DNA from: Cladosporium halotolerans
Taxonomy: Eukaryota
Reading direction: 5' to 3'
DNA: 64,000 nucleotides
Assembly: GCF_011745625.1 (NCBI RefSeq)
Contig: NW_027191482.1
Span: 62,001-126,000 of the forward strand
The position numbers and the translations under genes were made by a program. Position 1 is the first letter of the stretch. Each line of letters begins with the position of its first letter. This document shows positions 34,450 through 46,474 of this stretch, one piece after another. The notes below the pieces were generated by a model. The model ran no database searches and was not told the DNA's origin. It was given only the letters and a program-made list of their open reading frames with translations.

Positions 34450-35142
34450 TTATCTGACAGGGCCTTTCATGGAATCCTCCCCTCTCCGCCTGGCTTTTTC
34501 CCGCATTCGTACTCGTGCCAACATGTTCTCCACGCTGACGTATATCATTGCGCTGGCTCCCGGGTGCTCGAACATCGAAGGCGACAGACGGAGGTCCATC
34601 AAGTCGAGGTGAGATGGCTCATCGTATGATGGGCTAAGCGACCTCCCCGCATCGACGTTGAGACGATCTTGTTTCATAAATGGCTTTGGTGATGAAGCCT
34701 CGGATTGCGGACGTCGAGTTGGACCGTTCCATTCGTTTTCCTCCGCCGGCCTTGCACCATTCTCTGACTGTTGAACAGGTGTGATGACTGACGAGGGAAT
34801 CTCTTTGACTCGAGCTTTGTTGACCATCTCTCTTTGAGCATTGAGCCAGGCGTGAAGACGAGGCTTTTTCCGCATCTCTTCGCGAATACCACGCTGCACT
34901 GCAAGGATCACAGGTGACAAAGATGCCTCTTTCGCGTCGAATGCAACATCTTTGCGCTTGCTGGCCGCCGAAGCCAATGCAGCTTGCGTCGCTGGTTCCT
35001 TCTGCGGTAGATATTTACAACGGTTGTCGCTGGAAACGGCCATGATGAAGGGCAGGCGTGGTCGATTGATGTCAGTATGGAATACTCGACGATGATGGAA
35101 AGCTACGAGGCCTTCGTCGCTTTGTGATGGGCGAAGTGACAT
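34450..35142 (-). CDS. Hypothetical protein
   Basis: 230-aa ORF with no recognised motif; may start at 35043. Confidence 0.35.
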   Translation of the reverse strand: MSLRPSQSDEGLVAFHHRRVFHTDINRPRLPFIMAVSSDNRCKYLPQKEPATQAALASAASKRKDVAFDAKEASLSPVILAVQRGIREEMRKKPRLHAWLNAQREMVNKARVKEIPSSVITPVQQSENGARPAEENEWNGPTRRPQSEASSPKPFMKQDRLNVDAGRSLSPSYDEPSHLDLMDLRLSPSMFEHPGASAMIYVSVENMLARVRMREKARRRGEDSMKGPVR

Positions 35143-35370
35143 TGGATGTTGGGGCTAGGCAGCTCGTGACCAATTTCTGCCTTGCATGCGCTTTCACCTA
35201 CTTAGCGGTGACTTCGTCAAACACTGAATAAAACCCCAGGCCCTGCCGCGCCACCCCTAAAAAGGGCTTCGACACCTCTCAATCAATCTCATAGAAAGTT
35301 CGCACACCACACAACACAACCAACGATCCTTCCAACTCATACCGCATCACCAATCGAATCATCGTCCACG

Positions 35371-36060
35371 ATGGTTTCTCTTGCAACGGGCGAAGTCTCG
35401 GAGGTCTCAGCTGTTGTAATAACACAGGTGGAGCAGCGCGATTCAGCTCTTTGCACTGGATCCGAGGCCTCTACCGAAGCCAAAGGGCTTGAAACTGCCC
35501 AACCAACCCCTGCGTGGAGACCCTTCCGTTTCTTGGATCTTCCAAGAGAGCTCCGCGACCAGATCTACGACAAGTGCGTAGTTATAGGTGATGTCCGAGT
35601 TCCCAGGCACGACCTCACGGCGTCCAAAGACATGCGCTTTAGAAAGAAGAGCGATACCAAAGCACACACGCAGCTGTTTCTCGTTAACAGGCAGATCTAC
35701 GCCGAAGCCCTCGAGACTTACCTGTCTAAGAACCGATTTGTCTTGCCCGCACTCTACAGAGCGAGGGTGAGCGAGTACTCGAACCCCCAGGATTTCGCGT
35801 GCATCCCCGGCTGTACTCCGTTCCCGCCTGTCGTCAGGGGTGACAGTATGCTGCGCTCCATGAGTGTTCCGATTAGTAGGACTGCGAAAGGACAAGACAA
35901 GAGTTGTAGGATAGCGCGAGGATGCAAAGTTGACGCTTCAATGCCGTTCGGATGCGATCTGTCTGTTTGTTGTCTGTTTGTTGGTGGAGATCACATAGGT
36001 TGGAGGATGGGTCATGCCTCCTTTCACTTGTCTCCGGCACTGACTACGTCCGTCACGTGA
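35371..36060 (+). CDS. F-box-like ('FLDLPRELRDQIY') protein, possibly truncated
   Basis: PFRFLDLPRELRDQIYDKCV...LFLVNRQIYAEALETYLSKNRF is a common ascomycete family motif. The C-terminal third looks non-coding. Confidence 0.6.
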   Translation: MVSLATGEVSEVSAVVITQVEQRDSALCTGSEASTEAKGLETAQPTPAWRPFRFLDLPRELRDQIYDKCVVIGDVRVPRHDLTASKDMRFRKKSDTKAHTQLFLVNRQIYAEALETYLSKNRFVLPALYRARVSEYSNPQDFACIPGCTPFPPVVRGDSMLRSMSVPISRTAKGQDKSCRIARGCKVDASMPFGCDLSVCCLFVGGDHIGWRMGHASFHLSPALTTSVT

Positions 36061-36288
36061 TAACCTTAAATAACCTTAATCGACCTCCTCACTTACATTG
36101 GGCAAATAAGCCAAGACACAAGGCTCTCCGCTCCCTCACTAAGTGAAATGCACATTCTATCCCACAGTGACGCCAACAAATGAAGCCTCCCGTCCACCCA
36201 TATAACAGAAAAAGAAAAATCGATCGCCCCGCCATCCATGCAAAGTGGTATACGCGCGCTCAAAAACACCACACCACCCCTCCACCTC

Positions 36289-37906
36289 TCAACCCTCATG
36301 CGGCCTCTCCTCAGCCCTGGACTCCCTCAACCTCTGCACCTTCTCATGCCTAATACACCACAGACTCCATCCCACGCCGACCAAACTGCTCACGAGCGTC
36401 AGATAGTAAGCGCTCGCGTAGCAATCCCTGCCCTCGCCGCAAACCGTCTCGCCACCGCCGTCCGGCCCGCCGTGGAAGTTCGAGTGCTTGTCCAGCACGC
36501 TGCCGTAGACGAGGTTGAAGACGTTACCGGACAGCACGGGCGCGAGCGTCATGGCGCCCCAGTTGATGCCCATGCCCGAGGGGCCGAAAGCGTCCGCGAC
36601 GAGGGCCGGGTAGACGCCGAAGAGGGCGCCGTAGGCGAGGCCCGTGAGGCCCGAGAGCAGGAAGAGCTCGTGCGGGTTCTGCAGGGTGATGCCGACGACT
36701 TGCGCGGCGGTGAAGATGCAGGCGGAGGCGACGAGGGTCCAGAAGCGCGAGCCGTGGTGGTGCATGAGCCAGTCGGAGCCGATGCCGGAGGACAGGCGGC
36801 CGAGGAAGGAGCAGAAGGAGATGATGCCGACGTGCATGAGCTGGCGCTTTTGGACGAAGTCTTTTGAAACGGAGTCGTCGTAGTGCTTCCAGAGGGCTTT
36901 GGCGACATTGCCGATGTTGTTGATGGACATCAAGCCGACGCCGCAAAGGAGGCCGAGCATGACGAATAGCTGCCAGAATTTGGGGGATTTGACCAGAGCA
37001 AAACCGGTGATTTCTGTGTGGGCGTGGTGAGGGCTGTTAGGCTTGCGGTCGCTGATATCACCGGGCATCGACGCGGTAGGCGAAGAGACCAAGGAAGAAG
37101 TTTCGTCTGCATTGTCTATGGTGAGTTAGCTGCTTTCGGTGGATCCGATCAGAGAGAAGATACGTACCACCATCGCCTTTGCCGCTGTTGTCGCTAGCAT
37201 GGCGGCGATGCTGACTCCTCGTCCTTCGCATAGGATTGCTATCGTTCCGACTGAAACCAGGCCGCTCATCTGCCGGGACGGCCTCGTAAGGCGAGCCCGC
37301 CGGCAGGATCCTCAGGAAGAGCATACCAGTGAACACCATACAGAACGTGCCAACGGCGAGCAACAACAGCAGACCAGCCGTGTCATCAGGGAAGGCGAAG
37401 CCAGACACGAATGTGAACAGGAATGCACTGAGGCCAAACCCACTCAAAGGGAAAGCCGTGGCGGTTCCCCGATGGCGCGGCCAATTGGTTGCGCAAGTCT
37501 TGATAGAAGCACTGAAGGCACTGCAGCTTCCAACGCCGGTCAAGAATCCAAAGAAGCACAGCAGTCCGACCGAGTATCCATTCCCAGCAGCCTCGTATGC
37601 TCTGTGCAGAGGAAAGTATCCAGCGGCAAGACAGATGCACCCAAGCAGCACTCCCCATCGCGGACCTTTTGAATCTATCAGCAGGCCAGCTGGGATGCCC
37701 ATCGCATACATTCCCAGATTTCCCGCATTCCCAATGATGTTTATTTCAGTAGCCGAGAGGTTTAGGCGCTCCGCGAAAGAGGGCGCCCATGCAGAGAAGC
37801 CATAGTTGGTGCCGCAGGCCAGGGCTATGAGGGTGCCAGCTACGACGGAGACGATGCGGGCTTTGTAGTGGGATTGCTCCGGTGAGGCGGATGCTTGGAA
37901 GACCAT
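36289..37906 (-). CDS. MFS transporter, MCH1/nodulin-like
   Basis: LACGTNYGFSAWAP, NWPRHRGTATAFPLSGFGLSAF, GVGLMSINNIG and GINWG motifs; intron 37116-37167. Confidence 0.88.
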
Positions 37907-38934
37907 GATCTCGGACCTGATATCGCAATGCTGCTGCGTATGCGCAATCGGTCCCCTTCGTCTGTTCAGACAACCAGGTCGCTCATCGAAAGGTAGAGAC
38001 CCGAATCGGGTAATCGGATGTCAGGAGATGCAGTGACGTCGGGATGCGGTTATGAGGAGGTGCAGTTGCCGCTCAGCAGGTGGTGATCGCACGGTGGGAG
38101 TACGCAGGTGATCGAGAAGGAAATCAAAAGACAAGAAGGAGAGAGGGCAAGGAGCGTAAGGCTGACGAGTGACACCGATGTTGAGTGGGAAAACGTGATA
38201 GCTGCGACGCGAGGCGTGGCCGAGATAGGCAAGCACGTCTTATCTCGGCAATGGATGATGCGGCCGCCGACGCCCTGCACGGAGTTGTGCCGACGGCGCT
38301 CGGCCAGCCGTCGTCTCAACCACCCTGCCACCTCTCCTGGCAGCATATCAATGTTGCACAGCTGCTCCAACACCACCTTGTAGCTACCTTGTAACTTCGC
38401 TGCATCTGACATAAACTCCAACACCTAACCAGCTCATGCACGGATCACGCCTTGTACCTCATATTGGGTCTTTGCTTTCAAGGCCCTAAGTGCCGGCAAG
38501 ACGAACCGACTGCTGGCTGCTGTTAACCAAGACATGTGGAAAGCTTCTGCACGTTCTAAAAGCACGCGCGTGTGTCAGCATCCCACTGCGCTGATGCCGA
38601 CACCTACACCCGCATTCTCGCAGACCTGCCGCGTTTCGACCCGAGTTAGCTATACCAAGGGGGATCCACGGTGCCGGCATCGGCGTGTCCAGTGGAGGCG
38701 GGGTTTGACGCGGGGAGACAACAAGCACCACTCTTCGGCTGTTGATGCGGTATGCGGCCAGCATCGGCTATGGGACCTCTCCGGCCAATCTTCACTCACT
38801 ACAAGTAATCACGTCTTGCACTTCGCTAGCACACAGGTAGGAGGCGGACCTTTCAATTTGTTCATCCACATTCTCTCTTCACGTCCCGAATAAACCTATC
38901 CAGAGCGCTTCTAGATACAATATTGTCCCACAGC

Positions 38935-40875
38935 ATGGCTACCAGCAATGGTACCGCAAAGTCGGCTAGGTAAGTCAAACTCCCAAGTCCCTCTCGAACG
39001 TGGCTAACCGCCCGCCAGCTTGTACACGGCCTCCTTCGCGTTCTTCGAGGCCCTCTGGGAGGCCGGAGTAGAACATGCCTTCGTCAACCTGGGCTCCGAC
39101 CACCCATCAATCATCGAGGCCATTGTCAAGGGCCAGAAAGAAAAGCCGGACCAATTCCCTCGAATCATAACATGCCCGAACGAGATGGTAGCACTATCTA
39201 TGGCTGATGGATACGCTCGCCTCTCCGGGAAGCCCCAATGCGTGATCGTCCACGTCGATGTCGGAACACAGGGACTGGGAGCCGCAGTGCACAATGCATC
39301 TTGCGGTCGCGCTCCTGTCCTGATCTTTGCCGGTCTCAGCCCGTATACTATTGAAGGAGAATACAGGGGAAGCAGGACGGAGTACATCCACTGGATTCAA
39401 GATGTGCCAGATCAGAAGCAGATCATCAGCCAGTACTGCCGGTATAGTGGAGAGATCAAGCGGGGAAGGAACGTCAAGCAACTGGTCAACCGTGCACTCA
39501 GTTTCGCTTTGAGCGAGCCTAGAGGGCCGGTATATCTGTACGGTGCACGAGAGGCTATGGAGGAAGAAATCGACCCTTATCAGGTCGACCAGCAGTACTG
39601 GAACCCCGTCGAGTTGGGCGGGCTGACTAAGAAGCAAGTCGAGTCTGCTGCCGACCTGCTCGTCCAAGCAAAAGAGCCGCTTGTCATCACAGGATACAGT
39701 GGAAGAAACCACGCAGCTGTCGAAGCACTGGTGGGGCTAGCGAACACAGTCAAGGGTCTCCGAGTCCTCGATACTGGAGGATCCGATATGTGTTTCCCTG
39801 CCGATCATCCCAGCTGGCTCGGGATGCGCTTCGGCGTTGACGAGTCAATCAAGACTGCCGATGTGATCCTCTGTCTCGACGTCGACGTTCCCTGGATCAA
39901 CACTCAATGCAAGCCCAGCAAGGACGCAAAGATCATCCATATCGACGTCGACCCGTTGAAGCAGCAGATGCCCGTCTTCTACATCGACGCCATCGCACGC
40001 TACAGGGCCGACGCCGAAACCTCAATCACCCAATTGGCCGAGCACATCAAGAAGACGAAAGCCGACCTTATCTCCTCCCAAGACTTCTCCGCGCGATGGG
40101 ATAAACTGCAAGAGTCTCACCGCTCCCGCCTCAACACCATCGCCTCGCAGGCGAAAGCCGCCCCAGACGGCACCTACGCTACCTCGTATCTCATGTCCGA
40201 AGTCCGCAAGGCAGTGCCAAGGGATACACTATGGGCCATCGAGGCAGTCACTCAAACCCCGTTCGTCGCCGACCAAGTCCAAGCCACGATCCCCGGATCC
40301 TGGATCAACTGCGGCGGCGGTGGCCTCGGCTGGTCCGGCGGCGGAGCCCTGGGCATGAAGCTCGCGAGCGACGTGCAAGCGGGCGGCACCAACAAGGGCA
40401 AGTTCGTCTGCCAGGTGGTTGGAGACGGCACGTTCCTGTTCAGCGTGCCCGGCAGCGTGTACTGGATCGCTGCGCGATACAACATCCCCGTCCTGACTAT
40501 CGTCTTGAACAACAGAGGTTCGATGCCCCTTCCCCTATCCCTTGCCGTCATTGCACATCCATGCTAACCTCACGCCCAGGCTGGAACGCTCCGCGCCGTT
40601 CCCTCCTCCTCGTGCACCCCGACGGCGAGGGCTCGCGCGCGACCAACGAAGACCTCAACATCTCCTTCAGTCCCACGCCCGACTACCCCGGCATCGCGAA
40701 GGCCGCTGCCGGCCACAAGTGCTGGACCGGCGTGGCGACGACGACTGACGAGCTGGCCAAGCTGCTGCCGGAGGCCGTGAAAGCCGTGCAGGGCGGACAG
40801 CCCGCGGTGCTGGAGGCGCAGCTTGAGGGGCCGCAGGGCAAGTTTGCGGGCGGGAAGGCGGCTACTGTTGCGTGA
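38935..40875 (+). CDS. Thiamine-pyrophosphate-dependent enzyme (acetolactate synthase / benzoylformate decarboxylase-like)
   Basis: NLGSDH, catalytic PNE, and the GDGTFLF...LNNRGW TPP motif; introns 38970-39018 and 40518-40579. Confidence 0.9.
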
Positions 40876-41705
40876 ATTAATGTAGTGCGTCAAACGAATT
40901 CATGTCAAAGGACACCTTCTCCGTGCTTCTCTTCGCGAATACTCCTGCGCAGATCTTTTGATTGGAGAACGGCAAAAAGACAAAAAACATACAACAGGCG
41001 GGATTCCCAGATGGTCACCCACTCTAGTACTAGTCGCCCGGTTCAGTGCTTATGTATGGCAGAGCGGACGGGATGCCCAGTTTTCACTGACCTGTGGTCG
41101 TATGTGATCTATCAACAAAGCTCATTCAATATAATGATTGAGTTTTTACCTGGCGCGATTGTTCGTTCATGGATGTAAATCACAGCGAGGGCAGTGTTTC
41201 GCTGAAGCGTTCACCTACCTGTGTCTCTCCAATAGGGTATCAACGAGGTCAAGCTTGAGAATTGCGCAAACCTTCGAATGAGCAAATGTCTCCAGGGGCA
41301 GTGAAGGTGCTGAGGACTTCAACGACCTCGGGTCGATGGATCGCGTAGGCCGGACACTGCTGACTCAGCCTTCGGGGACCCAGGGACTCGGGGACCGCAT
41401 GTGTCAAGCCAGAATTGCATTGTTAACCACGCTCAATAACAACGTCTCGTGCCGTTCGAGCTACTAGAGCGATACTCTACCGACCGACATTCCTACAGTC
41501 GGTCTCAGCCCCGCGTGTATGTCGCTGAATTGCCAACCAATGTTCCCACCAGCCCGCTCTACGCTTAGAACGGCGCCCACTCTGAACGCAGGCTAGTATG
41601 CAGGCATCTGAAGGCCTTACTAATATCTCATTGAAATACTGTCCTGGTGTCCTCAGGTGCGAAAACCTGCACCCTACGTGATTTGACTGCATCACGAAAG
41701 TTTGA

Positions 41706-43795
41706 TCAATGACCAACCCTATCTGCTTCGGAGGCAGTCCCATCGACAGAACATCCCTCAACTCCAGACGCTTGTGGCTCCACCGTGGGCACGTCAGAGC
41801 TGTGGCGCGGGCTGCTAAACACTTGTAAGGTCGAGACAACTCCGTCAGCTAGGGAGCTTGTTTCGGCCGCGTCATTTTCCAGCGAATTCACGAGGTCGCG
41901 CTCCTCCTCCGAGTCCCTACGGTCTGATTTCGAAGATGTTTCTCCCTCGGCTATACTCACACGCTCTGGGTGGTTGCCGCTGGATCCAGCGACTTCCTTA
42001 TCTAGCCTCCTAAAATCGTTAATTCCTAGGATAGTTACGCGAGTCTACGCTAATAGCCGGGGTAAGGGATCGGCTCCTATATCTCCGACCTCTACTTATA
42101 AATAAAGGTCCGCGTCGTTAGTCGCCCGGAAGTACGTCGAGAAAAGATTCTAGTAGCTACTACCGTTAGCGTAGAATATATAGAGGCCGATAGCGGAATA
42201 GACGAGAGCGTAGAGGAAGGCGACCCCGTATATAATAAGGAGATCTAATATCGAGTATATATAGGTAACCGGCTAGGTAGTTACTTCTACCTTTATAACT
42301 TCTATTAAGGACGAATTCTTCCTATAAGACGTAATTAGTATCGAATATAAGTAACGAATTAAAAGTCTAGATAAATAGATAGTAGTTATCGTTAAGAATA
42401 TTTAACGTTATATTCTAGAAAAGTCGCTCGAGCGCTTATAGGATACTATCCGCGTTATCTTAGTCGATATTTATAAACTTTCTAACTATAGAACTATTAT
42501 ACTCGTTTATATTACTACGATAGCTTCTAGTAGCTAACCCGACGAGTAGGCGGCTAACTACTAGTATTACTCCTCTATATAACGCGGAGAAAGGGCTACT
42601 TAGTCTTAAGCTTCCTATAGTTAGGGCTATAGGAGTTTTCTAATATATAATATTAACCTCCTAAGTCTAAATTCTATTATAGAATTTAAAGTCTACGCTA
42701 TATAATATATTAAATAACATATATTCCGTAACGTTCACTATTCGCCTCTAGAGTACTTAAGGTTCGTCGCTCTCGAGGTATCTGTCCTAGTTACCTATAT
42801 TGGTCATGACAAATAGTCGGGCCGCGTCTGGTGACTAAGAATCATATGTGCGGTCGTAAACAGAACAAGGACTTGACAACCCGTCGGAGTCGGTCGGATA
42901 ACGGCCAGCCCAAGACGCGTATGAGGTGTGAGATCCTCCCGATGTTGCACCACTTGTGCCAAGTTCCTCGGTGATGAGACGTACTACTGAGCTGTTTGCC
43001 GGCTTGCAACGCATGGCGGGGCCATCGAATCCTAGGTGATATGTTGAGTTCTGGAAAGGTGGTACCATTGGCACGGGCTTGCCTGTTGTTGCCACCGAAT
43101 AAGCTAGTTTCGAAATCCGTTCATCTGGCGGGAGAGAGTTGTCGTCAGGACCTGAGCTCCAAGCAGATTCATTGAAGAAATTAAGCTCCGGCACCTTAGT
43201 GTCAATTGTTTCGAGACTTCCGACCGGTGATACCACCAAGGAACCAGGAGCGATAACGGCAGCGAGTGGAAGAAACCTGTTAACATCAGAACCAGGCGAT
43301 GTAGATTGAGCGTCCCTATGCCTACCAGGATACGAGGGCCATGCAAGTCAAAACCGGGTGTCTGTACCAAAATGAGCTTGATATAAACCCAGACAAATCG
43401 CCTAGTATGCCAGTCAGGACATCTATTTCCTGCGTTCTGAACTCGTTCTGGTGCAGCCTGAGCCATTGGTGTTGGACGTAAGCCGTCCCAACGCTGGTAG
43501 CGAAGGCTACTTTGACGATGAAGGCTAGTGCTGTGTTGAATCGAGATATCCACGATTGAGATAGCGTAGAGTGTGTGACGGGCTTGTTGTCGAGCCCTAG
43601 GCACACGAAATGGTGGGCCAGGGCAATGCTCAAGCCTAAAGCGAGGGAAACAAGCATGATTGTTGGAGCTCTCCAGCTTTTGGTATTTGGTCTGATGTGG
43701 TCGAGTTTGGACGACTCTTCAGACGGGCGGCTTTCGATGTTTTGGCCAGATTCACATTCAGAGTACTCGCCCCGACACCTGGGGGCTGTGGTCAT
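41706..43795 (-). pseudogene. Fungal multi-pass membrane protein gene inactivated by RIP
   Basis: Intact 5' exons (WRAPTIMLVSLALGLSIALAHH...; intron 43277-43325) continue into a stop-riddled segment (ALERLF*NITL...IGLYIFYANGSSY*NLFSTYFRAT...GADPLP) and then an intact C-terminus ending at 41706. Confidence 0.8.
41995..42800. other. RIP-mutated AT-rich island
   Basis: Abrupt drop in GC; TpA very abundant; CpA/TpG nearly absent; CpG retained. Confidence 0.88.
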
Positions 43796-44572
43796 CGTGA
43801 CGGCAGCAATCCGCAGAGAGCTGTTGACTGGAGAACTTATGAAAGGCAAGAATTGGACCAAAGAATTACTTCTCGCGCGACCATGGCGACCTTTTGTGAT
43901 TGACAGTGTGGCTGACGAGCAGACCAGCCTGCATGCTCCGCCATGGAGGCGGCCATGGTGTGTCTTGGCTAACGGCAATACAGCGCAACAGCCTACCAAA
44001 GATCAACGATCAGCCTGAAAGAGCGCATATGCAGCTCAGCCTCATGTTATGAGGTTTCGGTCCTGCTAGTTACACATGTTGCATACTTCTTGTGCTAGGC
44101 GAAGAGTTGATTGGTGCTATACATAGATAGAACTCAGCTCTCATTCAAGCTATCCCTTTCACAGCTAGACTCCGCTCGGTCTCCTGTCTCCCGTTAGCCG
44201 AACGCGGAGCGCCAAATCCAATCCGAGCTCACCCCTAAGACTCTCAATTTGGTTGATAAATACGGTGCTGTTCATCCAGAAAGAGAGGCACGCGATGTGT
44301 TACAAAGTCATCTCGGGTGAAGACACCATGCCTACCCGAGAGTATCTTTGTAGTGTTCTGAGATAACAAGTGTGTGCATTTGAATGTCTCGAGACACCTG
44401 TCTTCAAATATCATGGCGTTTGAGGTCTTTTCAAAGCCCCAGGTTCGGAAGAACAAATCACCAACTCAAGGAATGTGCAAAGGATGGTGTCATACCTCTA
44501 TAGCTTGCTCAACGCGGTTTGGGTCACTGGCTTATTCATTATCCCTCATAGCAAACACCAGAGCACGATAGC

Positions 44573-45145
44573 ATGGCCTCCTCTCAATTCCACACCACTC
44601 AGTATGATGCCGAACACTTCGTCGAAAGCGTCGGCGCGATCTCCATCAAAGCCTCAACGCGCGAAATATGCTTGATTCGCCACGAAGCGAGGAGAATATC
44701 TCCTAGCCAAAGGACGACGTAACGCTGGCAAATCACGCCACAAAGCAGCACTGCGCGAGGTCAAGGAAGAGACAGGGTTCGCGTCACGCATATAATGCCA
44801 CTCATCATGAGAACGCGGGCCCCGCCAACCCTAGAAGTTGGACACTATCCTGATGAGCCACGCGTCCATCAAGAGGCCACTGAGCCGTTTATGTTCACCT
44901 GTCGACAATTGGAGCAGGGTACAATCGTGAAGATCATTTGGTGGTACATTGCTGCGATTAAAGAAGACGTCGAGATGGAGCAGAGCGAGATGTACTCTCA
45001 TGCTCACTTGATCGAGTTTGACGAGGCTTCTGATCTGCTCACCTTTGAGCAAGACCGCGAGATTGTGCGTAAAGCAATTCCTATGTTTGAAGAATCAGAA
45101 TCGTCTTCACCTACCTTGTCGCGATGCATTAAAGGAAGCGTATGA
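44573..45145 (+). pseudogene. NUDIX hydrolase, frameshifted
   Basis: MASSQFHTTQYDAEHFVESVGAI...ICLIRH / EYLLAKGRRNAGKSRHKAALREVKEETGF (Nudix box) / MPLIMRTRAPP...KIIWWYIA...LTFEQDREIV. Two frame changes, near 44690 and 44790. Confidence 0.75.
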
Positions 45146-46474
45146 GGATCAGGAGACAAAGGAAGGTTGATACCGCTCGCGAGAACCAAGCCTGGCATGG
45201 TCTTATACCACGGCTCTAATGACTGGTCCTACGGGACAAATTCCGAATAACGGGTGAGGATGTTCCAACGTATTGAGGGTTAAGTGATGCACTGTCGGAT
45301 GGGCGGACAAAGCTCCAGATTGGTACTGTTGTGCAGACAGAGCGTGGGACCGCTTAGTAGGAGTCTCGACTCGGAACGTATTGGGTTCGAAGTATGTGGA
45401 AAATGCCCCAAGCAGAACATCTTCGTCAAGAGTCGACCCGTGATGAATTCGCTCACTTCAAAGCGTCAGGGTGTCGCAACATCTCAGTATCTCGATCGAC
45501 ACGCTGCATGAATGCTGCTCACGCCATTTGGTAAATTGCGTGTGTAGATACAGCAGAATTCGACCACTTGATTTGCTTGAAAATTCCATATCCACATTGC
45601 CAGCGTTGGCAGCGAAGCTCCCAATTGTGACAGGCAGCCAATCTTGCATTCGGCACGCGCGACCCATGCCCTCTCGTATCACCAAGCCTACGCTCCCATC
45701 ACGACCGTACGAATCGCTCCGTCGGACCCACTGTCTCGTTCCAGTATCCTAGCGTCCGGTCTTCGTCCATCACAGATCATGCGTCGAGCCAAAGCGCATC
45801 ACCGTCCTCTGTCTTCCACTCTCACTCTCTCTGTCACTACAAAATCCCTCCCATTCCTTCTTTGCACACCCACCGACCGCCACTCAATTATCGCATCATC
45901 TCTTTCCGCCATCCGCTCCTTATGCTCCTTCCACATCTTCATACACAAATGCCACAGAACCGAGCAAATCCAAATCATGTGCCCAACATCGTCCGAGAAG
46001 CTTGTTGAAATGTAGTAGTTGAGGGCAAGCCAAATAATTGGGAGAATAGAATTGGCAGAGACGCTCCATTCGCGCCGTGCCTGATGACGGGGAGGCATGC
46101 TGAAGTTTGACATTCCTCCTGGTCAATGTGGTGGATTCTTGTAATTGTTGTTTGGTGATTTTGCCGTAATGCTGGCTTCGTTAAGTAGTTGTTTCTTGCG
46201 AATCGCAGCGTACGCAATGAGTTTTGTGTATTTCAGCGACTAAGATGGTGTGCTGTGGTGCTCAGCATTATTTTTTTTGATGGTTGGTGAATGTCGAGTC
46301 GTGAACTGAGCGTTGAGATCATCTGTCATTGAGCTTTCACTTCTGAATCAATGCAGGACAAAGCCAAGCGGTTCACACTTCACTTCAAAATGTCTTCACT
46401 CTCTATGAACCCCAAAAGTAAATACTCTCCTCTAACAAAGGCATCTAAGCCGAGCCCCCAGACCTTCCGGCTGC

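Noticed and set aside
38400..39020. TPP riboswitch near the TPP-dependent enzyme
   Set aside because: The conserved aptamer motifs were not found upstream or in the introns.
41995..42800. AT-rich block as a transposon relic
   Set aside because: No TIR, LTR, TSD or transposase motif seen; it translates as the continuation of the flanking host gene.
45940..46110. Tiny ORFs and TGATGA...CTGA boxes (peptide gene or C/D snoRNA)
   Set aside because: No CAAX or repeat motif, the boxes are too close together, and I could not identify an rRNA guide.
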